DNA from: Lolliginicoccus suaedae
GTDB taxonomy: Bacteria > Actinomycetota > Actinomycetes > Mycobacteriales > Mycobacteriaceae
Direction of reading: 5' to 3'
Assembly (NCBI RefSeq): GCF_008312885.1
Contig: NZ_VSSO01000005.1
Span: 140,767 to 164,766 of the forward strand
Length of the DNA stretch: 24,000 nucleotides
The first letter of the stretch is position 1. Every line of letters starts with the position of its first letter. A program made the translations under genes and the position numbers. Of the stretch, positions 16,316 to 24,000 are shown in pieces. The notes under the pieces are model-generated. The model made no database searches. It had not been told where the DNA came from and worked only from the letters and a program-made list of their open reading frames with translations.

Positions 16316-17469
16316 CGCCGCTCCTCCCAGGCGTGGAGCGCCCGGCGCGATGGTTCCTCCACCAGCGCGAAGCTGATCGACGATATCGGGACGCTGATGG
16401 CCACGGTGAGCAGCAGCACCACCAGCATGTAGCCGGAAAAGGGCGGCACGCCAAGGATGGGGAACACCACCATCAGCACGGCGACGTGCCAGAGGAACAG
16501 CGCGTAGGACCAACGGCCCAGCGTCAGCGCGACCGGGTGCGCGAGGATACGGTGCGACCGGCCAGGCTCGCCCAGCACGATCGGCGCGAGGAGGGCGTAG
16601 CCCAGGAGCGCTCCGGCAGCGATCTTGGCGGCGTACTCGTGGGCGACGAGGTCGACGAGCCCGGGCGGCCCGGCGAGGGGGGAGGCGGCGGCGGCGAAGG
16701 CGATCACTGCGAGGGCCAGCATCAGCCCCGGCGCCCGGGCCAGCCGCACCGCCCAGGCCGGTGGCCGGATGGCCTGCTCGGCGAGGATCATCCCTGCGGC
16801 GAACCACGCCAGGTAGCCGGGCAGCCAGTTGTCGTGATGCACCCCATCGGCCGTGGGGATGGGCAGGAAACCCCACGCCAGGCTGAGCAGCGCTGCGCCG
16901 GCGATGACTGGGACGCGCCATCGCGCGGCGGGCCCCCGCAACCGCCACAGCACCCATGCCAGCAGCGGAAGCAGCAGGTAGAAGGCCATCTCCACCGACA
17001 AGCTCCACATCTGGGTCAGCCCACTGGTGAGGCTGTAGGGGACGAATACCTGGACCAGCGCGAGGTTGCCGAGCCAGGTCTGCAGCGAGGCACCATGCGC
17101 CTCGGGAAGCAGCACCAGCACGGCGATCACCACGACGAGGTACGCGGGCATGATCCGGACGATGCGGTGCCGCAGGTAGCGGGTCGTGCTGCCGGGCGAG
17201 GCGGCGGCAGCAGCCCCCGCGGAGCGGGCGTGCGGGCGCCACAGCAGGAAGCCGGAGAGGGCGAAGAACACGGCCACGGCGAGGTCGAATCGGCCCCAGA
17301 TCCGGCCCATCATCGTATCGGTGACCGACCCAGTCTGGAAGGCCACGTGGGTGACGAGCACGCCCAGCGCGGCAGCGGCGCGCAGCCCCTCGCAGGCCGG
17401 GAGGAATCCGGCCGCGCCCGCTACTGGCGAGGCCACTGTGGTGCTCGTGCTGCGCGGTTCCATGCTCAT
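16222..17469 (-). CDS. Integral-membrane acyltransferase family 3 (OafA/YrhL type; Rv0228-like)
   Basis: N-terminal LRAAAALGVLVTHVAFQTG (conserved His), followed by about 10 hydrophobic helices. Candidate starts are ATG 17469, ATG 17463 and TTG 17517. The C-terminal 31 codons overlap the aftD 3' end. Confidence 0.85.
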   Translation of the reverse strand: MSMEPRSTSTTVASPVAGAAGFLPACEGLRAAAALGVLVTHVAFQTGSVTDTMMGRIWGRFDLAVAVFFALSGFLLWRPHARSAGAAAAASPGSTTRYLRHRIVRIMPAYLVVVIAVLVLLPEAHGASLQTWLGNLALVQVFVPYSLTSGLTQMWSLSVEMAFYLLLPLLAWVLWRLRGPAARWRVPVIAGAALLSLAWGFLPIPTADGVHHDNWLPGYLAWFAAGMILAEQAIRPPAWAVRLARAPGLMLALAVIAFAAAASPLAGPPGLVDLVAHEYAAKIAAGALLGYALLAPIVLGEPGRSHRILAHPVALTLGRWSYALFLWHVAVLMVVFPILGVPPFSGYMLVVLLLTVAISVPISSISFALVEEPSRRALHAWEERRYGSRLVGQAAMTTAATATSASACVEASSPR

Positions 17470-17607
17470 CAGTGTCGCCCCCGTATCCCGCGGGTATTGG
17501 TTGCATAACGGCAGCAATTCCTGCCGGGTGGTCCGCTGGGACAGCTGTTATCGTCGGTCGATCGTAGTCGAGTTTCACTGTGCATGATGCTTACGGGGGA
17601 ATCCTTC

Positions 17608-18732
17608 ATGGCTGGACGTTCCGGGGGCGCCGCCCGTCTTGCCGCTTCCCTGCTCGTGGGGCTCGCGGTGTTCCTCCTGGTCGTGGCGGTGCTGCTTCCC
17701 CTCTATACCGCGCCACGGCTCGAGCGGCTGCCCCTCGGTCATGAGTCCACCCGCATCATGGAGGGCTCCGGCACCCTGCTCGATGCGGCGCGGCTCGCGA
17801 GGGGCGACGAGGATCCGTGGGAGGAAGATATCGCGCTGCGCAGCCAGACGCGCGTGACCGTGGAGGATCCGGTGTCGAGCGAGGCCGCCACGCTGCAGGC
17901 AGGCTACGCGCTGATGCGTGCTGATTCGACGCCGGGCCGTGGCCTGGTCTCGGCGCACATCGATCGGGTGACGATCGACCGGCATGACGCGATGCCCCTG
18001 GCCGAGCCAGTGGCCTCGCTGCAGATCGATCGGCAGTCCCCGGCCGTGCAATTGCCCCGCGACGGCCTCCAGTACCGCTTCCCGTATGGGGCGGGACCCC
18101 AGTCATACCCGGTGTATGACCTCACCGCCCGCGAGGCCTCGGCAGCGGAGTTCGTGGCGGACACCGAGCTCGACGGCGTGACCGTGCGCCACTACCAGCA
18201 ATCGCTGGGGCCGGTGGATCTGTTCCTTGCCACCCGCGACCAGGCGAACCGGGTCGGCATGACGCGCTCGGCATGGGGACTGGTGGAGGAGTCCGCGGCC
18301 GATGTCGGGGAGATCGTGTTCATGAACCGCTACTACACCGTGCTGCGCGACCTGTGGGTCGAGCCGGTCTCCGGCACCATCGTGGACGCCCGCGAGCAGG
18401 CCAGCCAGTTCTTCGGCACCGGTCCAGCAGACCAGGCCCTGCTGGTCTCCGAGCATGATCTCGCGTTCACCAGCGCGACCACTGCTACCCAGCTCGACGC
18501 TGCGCGGACCGAGCGGGACCGGGTGCAGCTCGCGATCGGCGCTGGCCCGGTATCGATCCACGCATCGTGGATCCTGGTGGTGCTCGGGCTCGTGTCGCTC
18601 GCTGCGGGCCTCGCTCTCGGGCTCCGCGCGTCCCGGCCCGAGGAGGCTCCCAGCGACAGCGGCGGGCCCGGCAGCGGAGCGGATCCGGACGATGACCCCG
18701 CCGTGAAGCTCTACACGGGCGCGCGCGGGTAG
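17608..18732 (+). CDS. DUF3068 / PorA-family membrane protein (Rv0227c / NCgl2760-like)
   Basis: N-terminal anchor LAASLLVGLAVFLLVVAVLLPLYTAPRLERLPL, a large extracytoplasmic domain, then a C-terminal TM WILVVLGLVSLAAGLALGL. ATG 17608 is preceded by GGGGGA plus 8 nt. It is divergent from the acyltransferase gene. Confidence 0.7.
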   Translation: MAGRSGGAARLAASLLVGLAVFLLVVAVLLPLYTAPRLERLPLGHESTRIMEGSGTLLDAARLARGDEDPWEEDIALRSQTRVTVEDPVSSEAATLQAGYALMRADSTPGRGLVSAHIDRVTIDRHDAMPLAEPVASLQIDRQSPAVQLPRDGLQYRFPYGAGPQSYPVYDLTAREASAAEFVADTELDGVTVRHYQQSLGPVDLFLATRDQANRVGMTRSAWGLVEESAADVGEIVFMNRYYTVLRDLWVEPVSGTIVDAREQASQFFGTGPADQALLVSEHDLAFTSATTATQLDAARTERDRVQLAIGAGPVSIHASWILVVLGLVSLAAGLALGLRASRPEEAPSDSGGPGSGADPDDDPAVKLYTGARG

Positions 18733-19907
18733 GGCTCCCGCAGCGACCACAGCACCGCCGTCACCACCGCGACCAGCGTCACCGTGGCGACCAGCAACGA
18801 GGTGACGATGAAGCCCGTGACCGTGCCGGGGACCAGCAGGAGCACCACGGCCAGCACTGCCAGGCCGGTCCAGGCGAGCGCCGCGACGGCCGTGCGATCC
18901 CGTGCGATCACCGACAGCAGCGCGCCCTGCACCGCGCTGAGGATGGCGCCGTGGGCCGCGAACAGCCACAGCACGCCCACGACGGGCCGATAGTCCTCCC
19001 CCACTACCTGGGGCACGATCGGCGCGAGCAGCCACGCCGATACCGTGATCGTGGTGCCCAGCACAGCGAGCACGGCAAGCATCGAGCCAAGGGATTCTCG
19101 GGTGCGCGCGGGGTCCGCCATCCGCGGGAACAGCACGACCCCCACCGCGAACGGCAGCCAGAACGCCACCTTCGCCGCGACGGTGCCCAGCGCGTACACC
19201 CCGGCGGCCACCTCGTCGAGCACCATGCGCGCGATCAGCAGGTCGATCGCGGTGAACGCCATGATCACCAGCTGCACCTGCGAGGCGCGAAGGACCGCGG
19301 CCACATCCGGGCGGGCCTGGCCCTGCGCGCCAGATTCCCGCGGAGCCGCCCCGACCAGGCGCCGGGCAGCGATCGCCGCCACGATGGTGCCGAGAGCTCC
19401 CGCCCCGAGCGCCCCTTCCACTCCCCCGCCCAGCGCGAGGACGAGGATGGCGGGCACCACCCGGGCGAGCCCGGCACCGGCGATCACCAGCGCGAGCGCC
19501 CCGAACCGCCCGGTGCCCTGCAGGATGCCCTGCTCCGCGGCGAGCACCACCAGCAGGGGTGCTGTGCTCAGCGCCAGCAAGGTCGCCAGCAGCGAGGTCC
19601 CGAGCGCCCACGAGGCGACGGGCACGACGACCAGCGCCACCACGGCGACGAGCATGACCGTCGCGGCACCGAGGTGGCGTGCCTCCCCGGTCCGCTCGAT
19701 GCCAGCCAGGCGTCCCGTGACGATGCGGCGTGCCACCACCATCTGCAGGGCCAGCGCCGGGACCGCCAGGATGAGCTGCGCGGCGAGCAGGCTGGCGAAC
19801 GCGCCATAGCTGCTTGGCCCCAGCCAGCTGCTCGCGGGCACATGAAGCAGGTACGAGGCGGCGTTGGCGATGAGCGACCCAGCCGTCACCAGGGACATCC
19901 CCGCCAT
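18711..19907 (-). CDS. MOP-superfamily (Wzx-like) polysaccharide/oligosaccharide flippase, 12 TM
   Basis: This is the C-terminal 398 aa of the 787-aa track ORF. I count 12 hydrophobic segments. The N-terminal pattern is ...SWLGPSSYGAFASLL... The mid-protein segment DLLIARMVLDEVAAGVYALGTVAAKVAFWLPFAVGVVLFPRMA matches the Polysacc_synt pattern. The start is ATG 19907, with GTG 19937 as an alternative. Confidence 0.7.
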   Translation of the reverse strand: MAGMSLVTAGSLIANAASYLLHVPASSWLGPSSYGAFASLLAAQLILAVPALALQMVVARRIVTGRLAGIERTGEARHLGAATVMLVAVVALVVVPVASWALGTSLLATLLALSTAPLLVVLAAEQGILQGTGRFGALALVIAGAGLARVVPAILVLALGGGVEGALGAGALGTIVAAIAARRLVGAAPRESGAQGQARPDVAAVLRASQVQLVIMAFTAIDLLIARMVLDEVAAGVYALGTVAAKVAFWLPFAVGVVLFPRMADPARTRESLGSMLAVLAVLGTTITVSAWLLAPIVPQVVGEDYRPVVGVLWLFAAHGAILSAVQGALLSVIARDRTAVAALAWTGLAVLAVVLLLVPGTVTGFIVTSLLVATVTLVAVVTAVLWSLREPYPRAPV

Positions 19908-20003
19908 GAGAGTGCCCGCGCGCGCCTGTCCAGTCACGCCACCATCATGGCGTGCCCACGCCTCGGCAAGCCAGCCGCGCCCGGTGGCACGTATCGTTCC
20001 GGC

Positions 20004-21809
20004 ATGCCCCTTCCTGGTCCGCGGGCCCGGCATTGGTCGCGCTGGGCCGGCCCTGCCCATGTGATGCTGCTGGTCACCGTGATGCTGCTGCCATTGTGGC
20101 GGCCCGGCTACTTGCTGCACCGCGACGCGGTCGCCACGCCTCGCTCCTACATGACGAGCTCGGCGCTCGGCGTGGGGGGATCGGCGCCGCGCGCGGTTCC
20201 GCAGGATTGGCTGCTGGCCCTGCTCTCCCGCTGGATCGATGGTGGCGTGCTGGTCACAGTGCTGCTGTCGCTGTTCCTGCTCGCGGGGGGATGGGGCGCG
20301 ATCGCGCTGGTGCGGCAGTGGTGGGCGCCCGGTCATGGCAGGACGGGCGCGGAGGTCGTGGCGGGGACCCTGGCCGTGTGGAACCCCTATGTGGTGGAAC
20401 GACTGCTGCAGGGGCACTGGAGCTTGCTCGCCGGCTATGGCGCGCTGCCCTGGGTCATCGTCGCGGCCGCGCGGATCCATCGGCGTGCTCCTGGTGGCTT
20501 CCCGCTGCTCGTCGTGTCGATGGCAGTAGCAGGCTTGACCCCGACGGGGGCGGTCCTCGCGGTCGTGGCGGCGTGCGCTGGCTTGATCGCGTTCCCGCCG
20601 CCACGGGTGGCGCGCGCGGTGGGCGCGCTGGGATCGATCAGCGTGGTCGTGGCAGCTCCGTGGGTGGTGGCGGCAGTGGTGTCGGGGCAGGCAGGCGCCA
20701 GCGATGCTGCCGGGGTGGCGGCGTTCGCGGCACGCGCCGAGACGGGCCTGGGCACACTGGGCAGCCTGGTGAGCCTCGGAGGCATCTGGAACGCCGGTGC
20801 CGTACCGGAGAGCCGGGCCGCGGGCCTCGGCGTGCTGGCCACGGCGTGGATCGTGCTGATCGTGCTGGCGGGCGGATGGGCACTGTTCCGGAGTGGCCCG
20901 CGCGGTGCCGCCCCATTGGAGCCAGGGATCGCGCCGCCCCGCGCGGGCCTGGTCCTGGCGATCCTCGCTGCGGCGGCGGTGCTCGGTCCTGCCCTCGCGG
21001 CCACCGGTCCCGGGCTGCGAGCGATGGAGGTGCTGGTCGCGCTGCCGGGCGGGGGCCTGCTGCGCGACACGCACAAGTGGGTGGCGCTCGCGGTGCCCTT
21101 CCTGGTGCTGTGCGCCGCGGCTGCCACGCGCTGGCTGGCCCAGGCGCGCGCCCCTCGTGCCGTCCCGGCATTGCTGGTGGTGATGCTGGTGGCGGTGCTG
21201 CCGGACGCCGCCTGGGGCGCGGGAGGGGTACTGCGACCGATCCAGTACCCGGACGAATGGTCAGCGGTGGCGGAGCACCTCGAGGAGGCCTCCGGCCCCG
21301 GCGATGTCGCGGTGCTGCCCGCGGGCCTGCTGCGGCGCTATCCCTACGCGCCGGGCGAGGTGGTGCTGGATCCCGCGCCGCGGATGCTGCCGCGCGATGT
21401 GGTGATCACGAGCGATCTTCCGGTGGGGGGCACGGTGGTCCGGGGCGAGGATTCGCGCGCCCGCGCGGTGGAGGCGATCCTGCTGGCAGGAGGCGCGCCG
21501 GAGGACCTTGCGGCATTGGGAATCCGCTGGGTGGTCGATCAGCCCACTGCTGCGGGGCAACGCGGCGAGTCCGCAGCGGTGCTGGCGGCGCTGCCCGTGG
21601 TCGTGGCGGGCACTGATGTGGTGCTGCACGAGGTGCCCGGACCGATCACGCCCGTAGCGCGCGATGACAGGGCCTTCGTAGCTGCGCTGGTAGCGCACGT
21701 GGCGTGGCTCGCGCTGCTCGTTGCGGGGTCCGCGCTGCTCGCGAGCACGGTGGCCCGGTCGGGACGCGGCCGTGGAAGGTCAGGCAGAACGGCGGTCGGG
21801 ACGCGATGA
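20004..21809 (+). CDS. Conserved polytopic membrane protein, Rv0226c-like; possible GT-C-type glycosyltransferase or polymerase
   Basis: Only the part of the 952-aa track ORF from about 20004 onward looks like protein. It has a basic N-terminus followed by MLLVTVMLLPLWRPGYLLHRDAV, at least 10 hydrophobic helices, a soluble domain of about 130 aa (IQYPDEWSAVAEHLEE...IRWVVDQ) and a final TM. The start is uncertain: ATG 20004, GTG 20061 or ATG 20064, none with a clear SD. Confidence 0.65.
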   Translation: MPLPGPRARHWSRWAGPAHVMLLVTVMLLPLWRPGYLLHRDAVATPRSYMTSSALGVGGSAPRAVPQDWLLALLSRWIDGGVLVTVLLSLFLLAGGWGAIALVRQWWAPGHGRTGAEVVAGTLAVWNPYVVERLLQGHWSLLAGYGALPWVIVAAARIHRRAPGGFPLLVVSMAVAGLTPTGAVLAVVAACAGLIAFPPPRVARAVGALGSISVVVAAPWVVAAVVSGQAGASDAAGVAAFAARAETGLGTLGSLVSLGGIWNAGAVPESRAAGLGVLATAWIVLIVLAGGWALFRSGPRGAAPLEPGIAPPRAGLVLAILAAAAVLGPALAATGPGLRAMEVLVALPGGGLLRDTHKWVALAVPFLVLCAAAATRWLAQARAPRAVPALLVVMLVAVLPDAAWGAGGVLRPIQYPDEWSAVAEHLEEASGPGDVAVLPAGLLRRYPYAPGEVVLDPAPRMLPRDVVITSDLPVGGTVVRGEDSRARAVEAILLAGGAPEDLAALGIRWVVDQPTAAGQRGESAAVLAALPVVVAGTDVVLHEVPGPITPVARDDRAFVAALVAHVAWLALLVAGSALLASTVARSGRGRGRSGRTAVGTR

Positions 21810-23000
21810 CAGGGTGATGCCGTCCAGGCTCGCCCCGCTCCCGCCAGCGATGATCCCCGACCGGCGCTCCCCGCGCGCTGCGGCCGCGAGGACCGTCTCG
21901 ACGCTCGAGGCGCACTGCTCCCAGGAGAACTCCGCCACTCGGGCGCGCGCCTTCTCGCCGAGCAGCGCGCGCTCGACATCGTCGTCGAGCAGTTCCCGCG
22001 CCACCTCCACGAGCTCGTCACGATCGGTGACGAGGCGCCCGGTGACGCCATCGATGATCGAGTCGGTCAGGCCGCGCGAAGAGAGGTAGCCGATGGTCGG
22101 TACCCCATGCTGGGCCGCCTCGATCACGGCGAGGCCCCACCCTTCCTTGCGGGAGGGCATCAGGTGCAGCCAGGAGCGCGACAGGAGGCGATGCTTGGTC
22201 TCCTCGTCGACATGGCCGTGGAAGGTGACCGCGTCGTCGATCCGCAGGGCAGCGACCTCTCGGCGCAGCCGGGGCTGCCACCATCCGTCACCGATGACAT
22301 CGAGGCGCAAGCCAGGAATGGTCTCGCGCAGCCGTGAGACAACGACGAGCGCGTCCTCGATCTGCTTGTGCGGCACCAGCCGCGAGAGCACCGTGATGGT
22401 GGGGCTCGCGGACCTGGTCGCGGATGTCCCGGGGGGCACGCTGGGGGGCGGAGCGTCCGCGCCAGCGCGAGCCACCGCGATGCGGGCGGGCGCGACACCG
22501 AGGCCGATGAGCTCGTCGGCCGACGGCAAGGAGACGGTCAGGTACTGGTCGCGGCGATGCAGCCGGGGCGAGAGCCACGACTCGATCCACCATCCGAGCC
22601 GCGCCAGCAGCCGCCCGGCCACGGGCCACTGCTCGCGATGGCAGTGATGCACAAGCAGCACCACGGGCGCGGACGCCACCAGCCGGGCGAAGAACGGCAC
22701 GCCATTCTGCGTATCGATGATCACGTCCGGCTTGCAGCCGCGCAGCGGGCCGATCCCCAGCCGGGCTCCAGCGATGGCCAGCAGCGCCCAGGGGTAGACG
22801 GTGAGGCGACCGCCGCCGCGGCTGATGCGCATGCCGTCGCGCACCTCTGATCGGGGCGCGCCGCGGTAGCGGGCAGTGCGGAGGGTGACCCGGGCTCCCC
22901 GTGCGGCGAGTCCGGCCCCGACCTCCTCGAGGTAGCGCTCGCTGCCGCCGCCGAGCGGATGGCTGGTATCGCGCCAGCACAACAGCAAGACCTCGCGCAC
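21780..23000 (-). CDS. GT4-family (GT-B fold) glycosyltransferase, Rv0225-like
   Basis: N-terminal VLLLCWRDTSHPLGGGSERYLEEVG and C-terminal EX7E region PSRKEGWGLAVIEAAQHGVPTIGY. I prefer GTG 23000 (GGGAG plus 6 nt) over the track start at 23108. Confidence 0.85.
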   Translation of the reverse strand: MREVLLLCWRDTSHPLGGGSERYLEEVGAGLAARGARVTLRTARYRGAPRSEVRDGMRISRGGGRLTVYPWALLAIAGARLGIGPLRGCKPDVIIDTQNGVPFFARLVASAPVVLLVHHCHREQWPVAGRLLARLGWWIESWLSPRLHRRDQYLTVSLPSADELIGLGVAPARIAVARAGADAPPPSVPPGTSATRSASPTITVLSRLVPHKQIEDALVVVSRLRETIPGLRLDVIGDGWWQPRLRREVAALRIDDAVTFHGHVDEETKHRLLSRSWLHLMPSRKEGWGLAVIEAAQHGVPTIGYLSSRGLTDSIIDGVTGRLVTDRDELVEVARELLDDDVERALLGEKARARVAEFSWEQCASSVETVLAAAARGERRSGIIAGGSGASLDGITLSSRPDRRSA

Positions 23001-23156
23001 GCGTTGCTCCCAACTCCTCGACCAGCGCTCCGCCGCGGGCACCGGCGGTGCCCTGCCCGCGATGGGCTCTGCCACACGATAGACGCGTGCGCGGCTGCCT
23101 GCCACCACGGATGGCCAGGGTGTGCCGTTCCGTGATCGTCACTACGCTGTATCGAT

Positions 23157-23960
23157 GTGTCGCCTCTCCTAGCTCCCCCGCCAGCCTCGCGCGCGTTCGC
23201 ACGGCATGCGTCGCTGCGACGATCCTGGTCGCTGCTGCGGGCTTTCCGCTTCGAGCAGTCCGACCCGGCCCGGTTCTACGGAGCGGTCGCCGACGATACG
23301 GCGCTGATGCTCGCCGAGGTGCAGGCCGGGGCGACTGGCCAGGACTTGCGGGGGCGTCTCGTGCTGGACGTGGGCGGAGGGCCGGGGTACTTCTCCGAGG
23401 CGTTCGATGAGCTCGGCGCGCGCTATGTGTCGGTGGAGCCTGATGCCTCGGAGATGCATGCTGCGGGCATCCGCCACCCCGGTTCGGTGCGGGGCTCGGG
23501 CATGGCGCTGCCCATCCGCAGCGACAGCGTGGACATGTGCTTCTCGTCGAACGTGGCCGAGCATGTGGCCACACCGTGGATGCTGGCGGACGAGATGGTG
23601 CGAGTGGTCCGTCCGGGCGGATTGGTGGTGCTGTCCTACACCCTGTGGTGGGGCCCTTTCGGCGGGCACGAAACCGGTCAGTGGCATTTCCTCGGCGGCG
23701 AGCTCGCGGCACGCCGGTATCGCCGCGTGCACGGCCACGAGCCGAAGAACCGGTTTGGGGTGTCGTTGTTCCCGATCACCGCTGCGGCCGGCCTGCGGTG
23801 GGCGCGGGCCGCGAGCGCGCCAGGGGGGCCGGCGGAGCTCGTGGCGGCGTTCCCGCGCTACAACCCGTGGTGGTCATGGTGGGCAGCGCGGGTACCGGTG
23901 CTGCGCGAGGTGATCACCAGCAACCTGGTGCTGGTGCTGCGCAAGCGCGAGGCGGGCTAG
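23157..23960 (+). CDS. Class I SAM-dependent methyltransferase, Rv0224c-like
   Basis: Motif I VLDVGGGPGYFSEAF; later FSSNVAEHV and RPGGLVVLSY. The start is GTG 23157. No SD is evident, so the transcript may be leaderless. It is divergent from the GT4 gene. Confidence 0.85.
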   Translation: MSPLLAPPPASRAFARHASLRRSWSLLRAFRFEQSDPARFYGAVADDTALMLAEVQAGATGQDLRGRLVLDVGGGPGYFSEAFDELGARYVSVEPDASEMHAAGIRHPGSVRGSGMALPIRSDSVDMCFSSNVAEHVATPWMLADEMVRVVRPGGLVVLSYTLWWGPFGGHETGQWHFLGGELAARRYRRVHGHEPKNRFGVSLFPITAAAGLRWARAASAPGGPAELVAAFPRYNPWWSWWAARVPVLREVITSNLVLVLRKREAG

Positions 23961-24000
23961 CTGGGCTCCTCGAGGCGGAAGCCGACCTTCATGCCTACCT

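Noticed and set aside
15997-17578. 503-aa plus-strand ORF and 455-aa alternative minus-frame ORF over the acyltransferase gene
   Set aside because: Only the 16222-17517 frame gives a polytopic hydrophobic protein with the acyltransferase-3 N-terminal His motif. The others are Arg/Gly/Pro-rich.
18951-20003. N-terminal 351 codons of the 952-aa plus-strand ORF, and likewise 19908-21074, the N-terminal extension of the 787-aa minus-strand ORF
   Set aside because: Each extension is the antisense of the other gene's genuine hydrophobic coding region, and each is extremely Arg/His/Asp/Gly-rich. Only the membrane-protein-like portions (18711-19907 minus strand, about 20004-21809 plus strand) are credible.
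22288-23712. 474-aa minus-strand ORF overlapping the GT4 and methyltransferase genes
   Set aside because: It crosses a divergent promoter region and two motif-supported genes. The translation is Arg/Pro/Ala-rich with no motifs.
23957-24000. Possible 3' end of a minus-strand gene (...VGMKVGFRLEEPS, then stop) sharing the CTAG at the methyltransferase stop
   Set aside because: Only about 13 codons are visible at the window edge, which is too little to call a gene or a product.
1-24000. Search for mobile elements, CRISPR arrays, tRNA/rRNA genes, toxin-antitoxin or defence cassettes
   Set aside because: By eye I found no transposase- or integrase-like ORFs, no terminal inverted repeats flanking genes, no regularly spaced direct repeats, and no tRNA-like cloverleaf candidates in the few non-coding gaps. 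Composition appears uniformly GC-rich except at promoter gaps. Nothing supports horizontal acquisition.

Overview
Very GC-rich actinobacterial chromosomal DNA (about 70% GC by eye, not computed). It is densely coding, and I found no tRNA or rRNA genes, CRISPR arrays, transposases or phage genes. Gene content and order resemble, from memory and without any database check, the Mycobacterium tuberculosis H37Rv Rv0224c-Rv0243 region, so the source is probably a member of the Corynebacteriales or a close relative. Left part (1-11.8 kb): the 3' portion of a YhgE/Pip membrane protein gene, a VanW-domain protein, a divergent fadA2 / fabG4-htdX acyl-CoA module, a TetR regulator, a GH3 NagZ/LpqI-type lipoprotein, a universal stress protein and an isochorismate synthase. 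Right part (11.9-24 kb): a tightly packed cell-envelope glycan locus with a small Rv0236A-like secreted peptide (missing from the ORF track), aftD, a family-3 acyltransferase, a DUF3068/Rv0227c-like protein, a 12-TM Wzx/MOP-type flippase, an Rv0226c-like polytopic protein, a GT4 glycosyltransferase and a SAM methyltransferase. The most interesting signals are: (i) an 18-nt operator-like core (CTTACyCrCCGGTAAGTT) found at the TetR gene start and again inside a promoter-like spacer facing fadA2, which predicts a small regulon; (ii) aftD fused directly to the Rv0224c-Rv0228-like module, with an extra Wzx-like flippase, which looks like a near-complete uncharacterised glycan assembly line; (iii) all three convergent gene pairs in that locus overlap at their 3' ends (94, 22 and 30 nt). 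The many long ORFs in the track that lie antisense to, or out of frame with, these genes are high-GC artefacts. No clearly novel defence or mobile system is visible.
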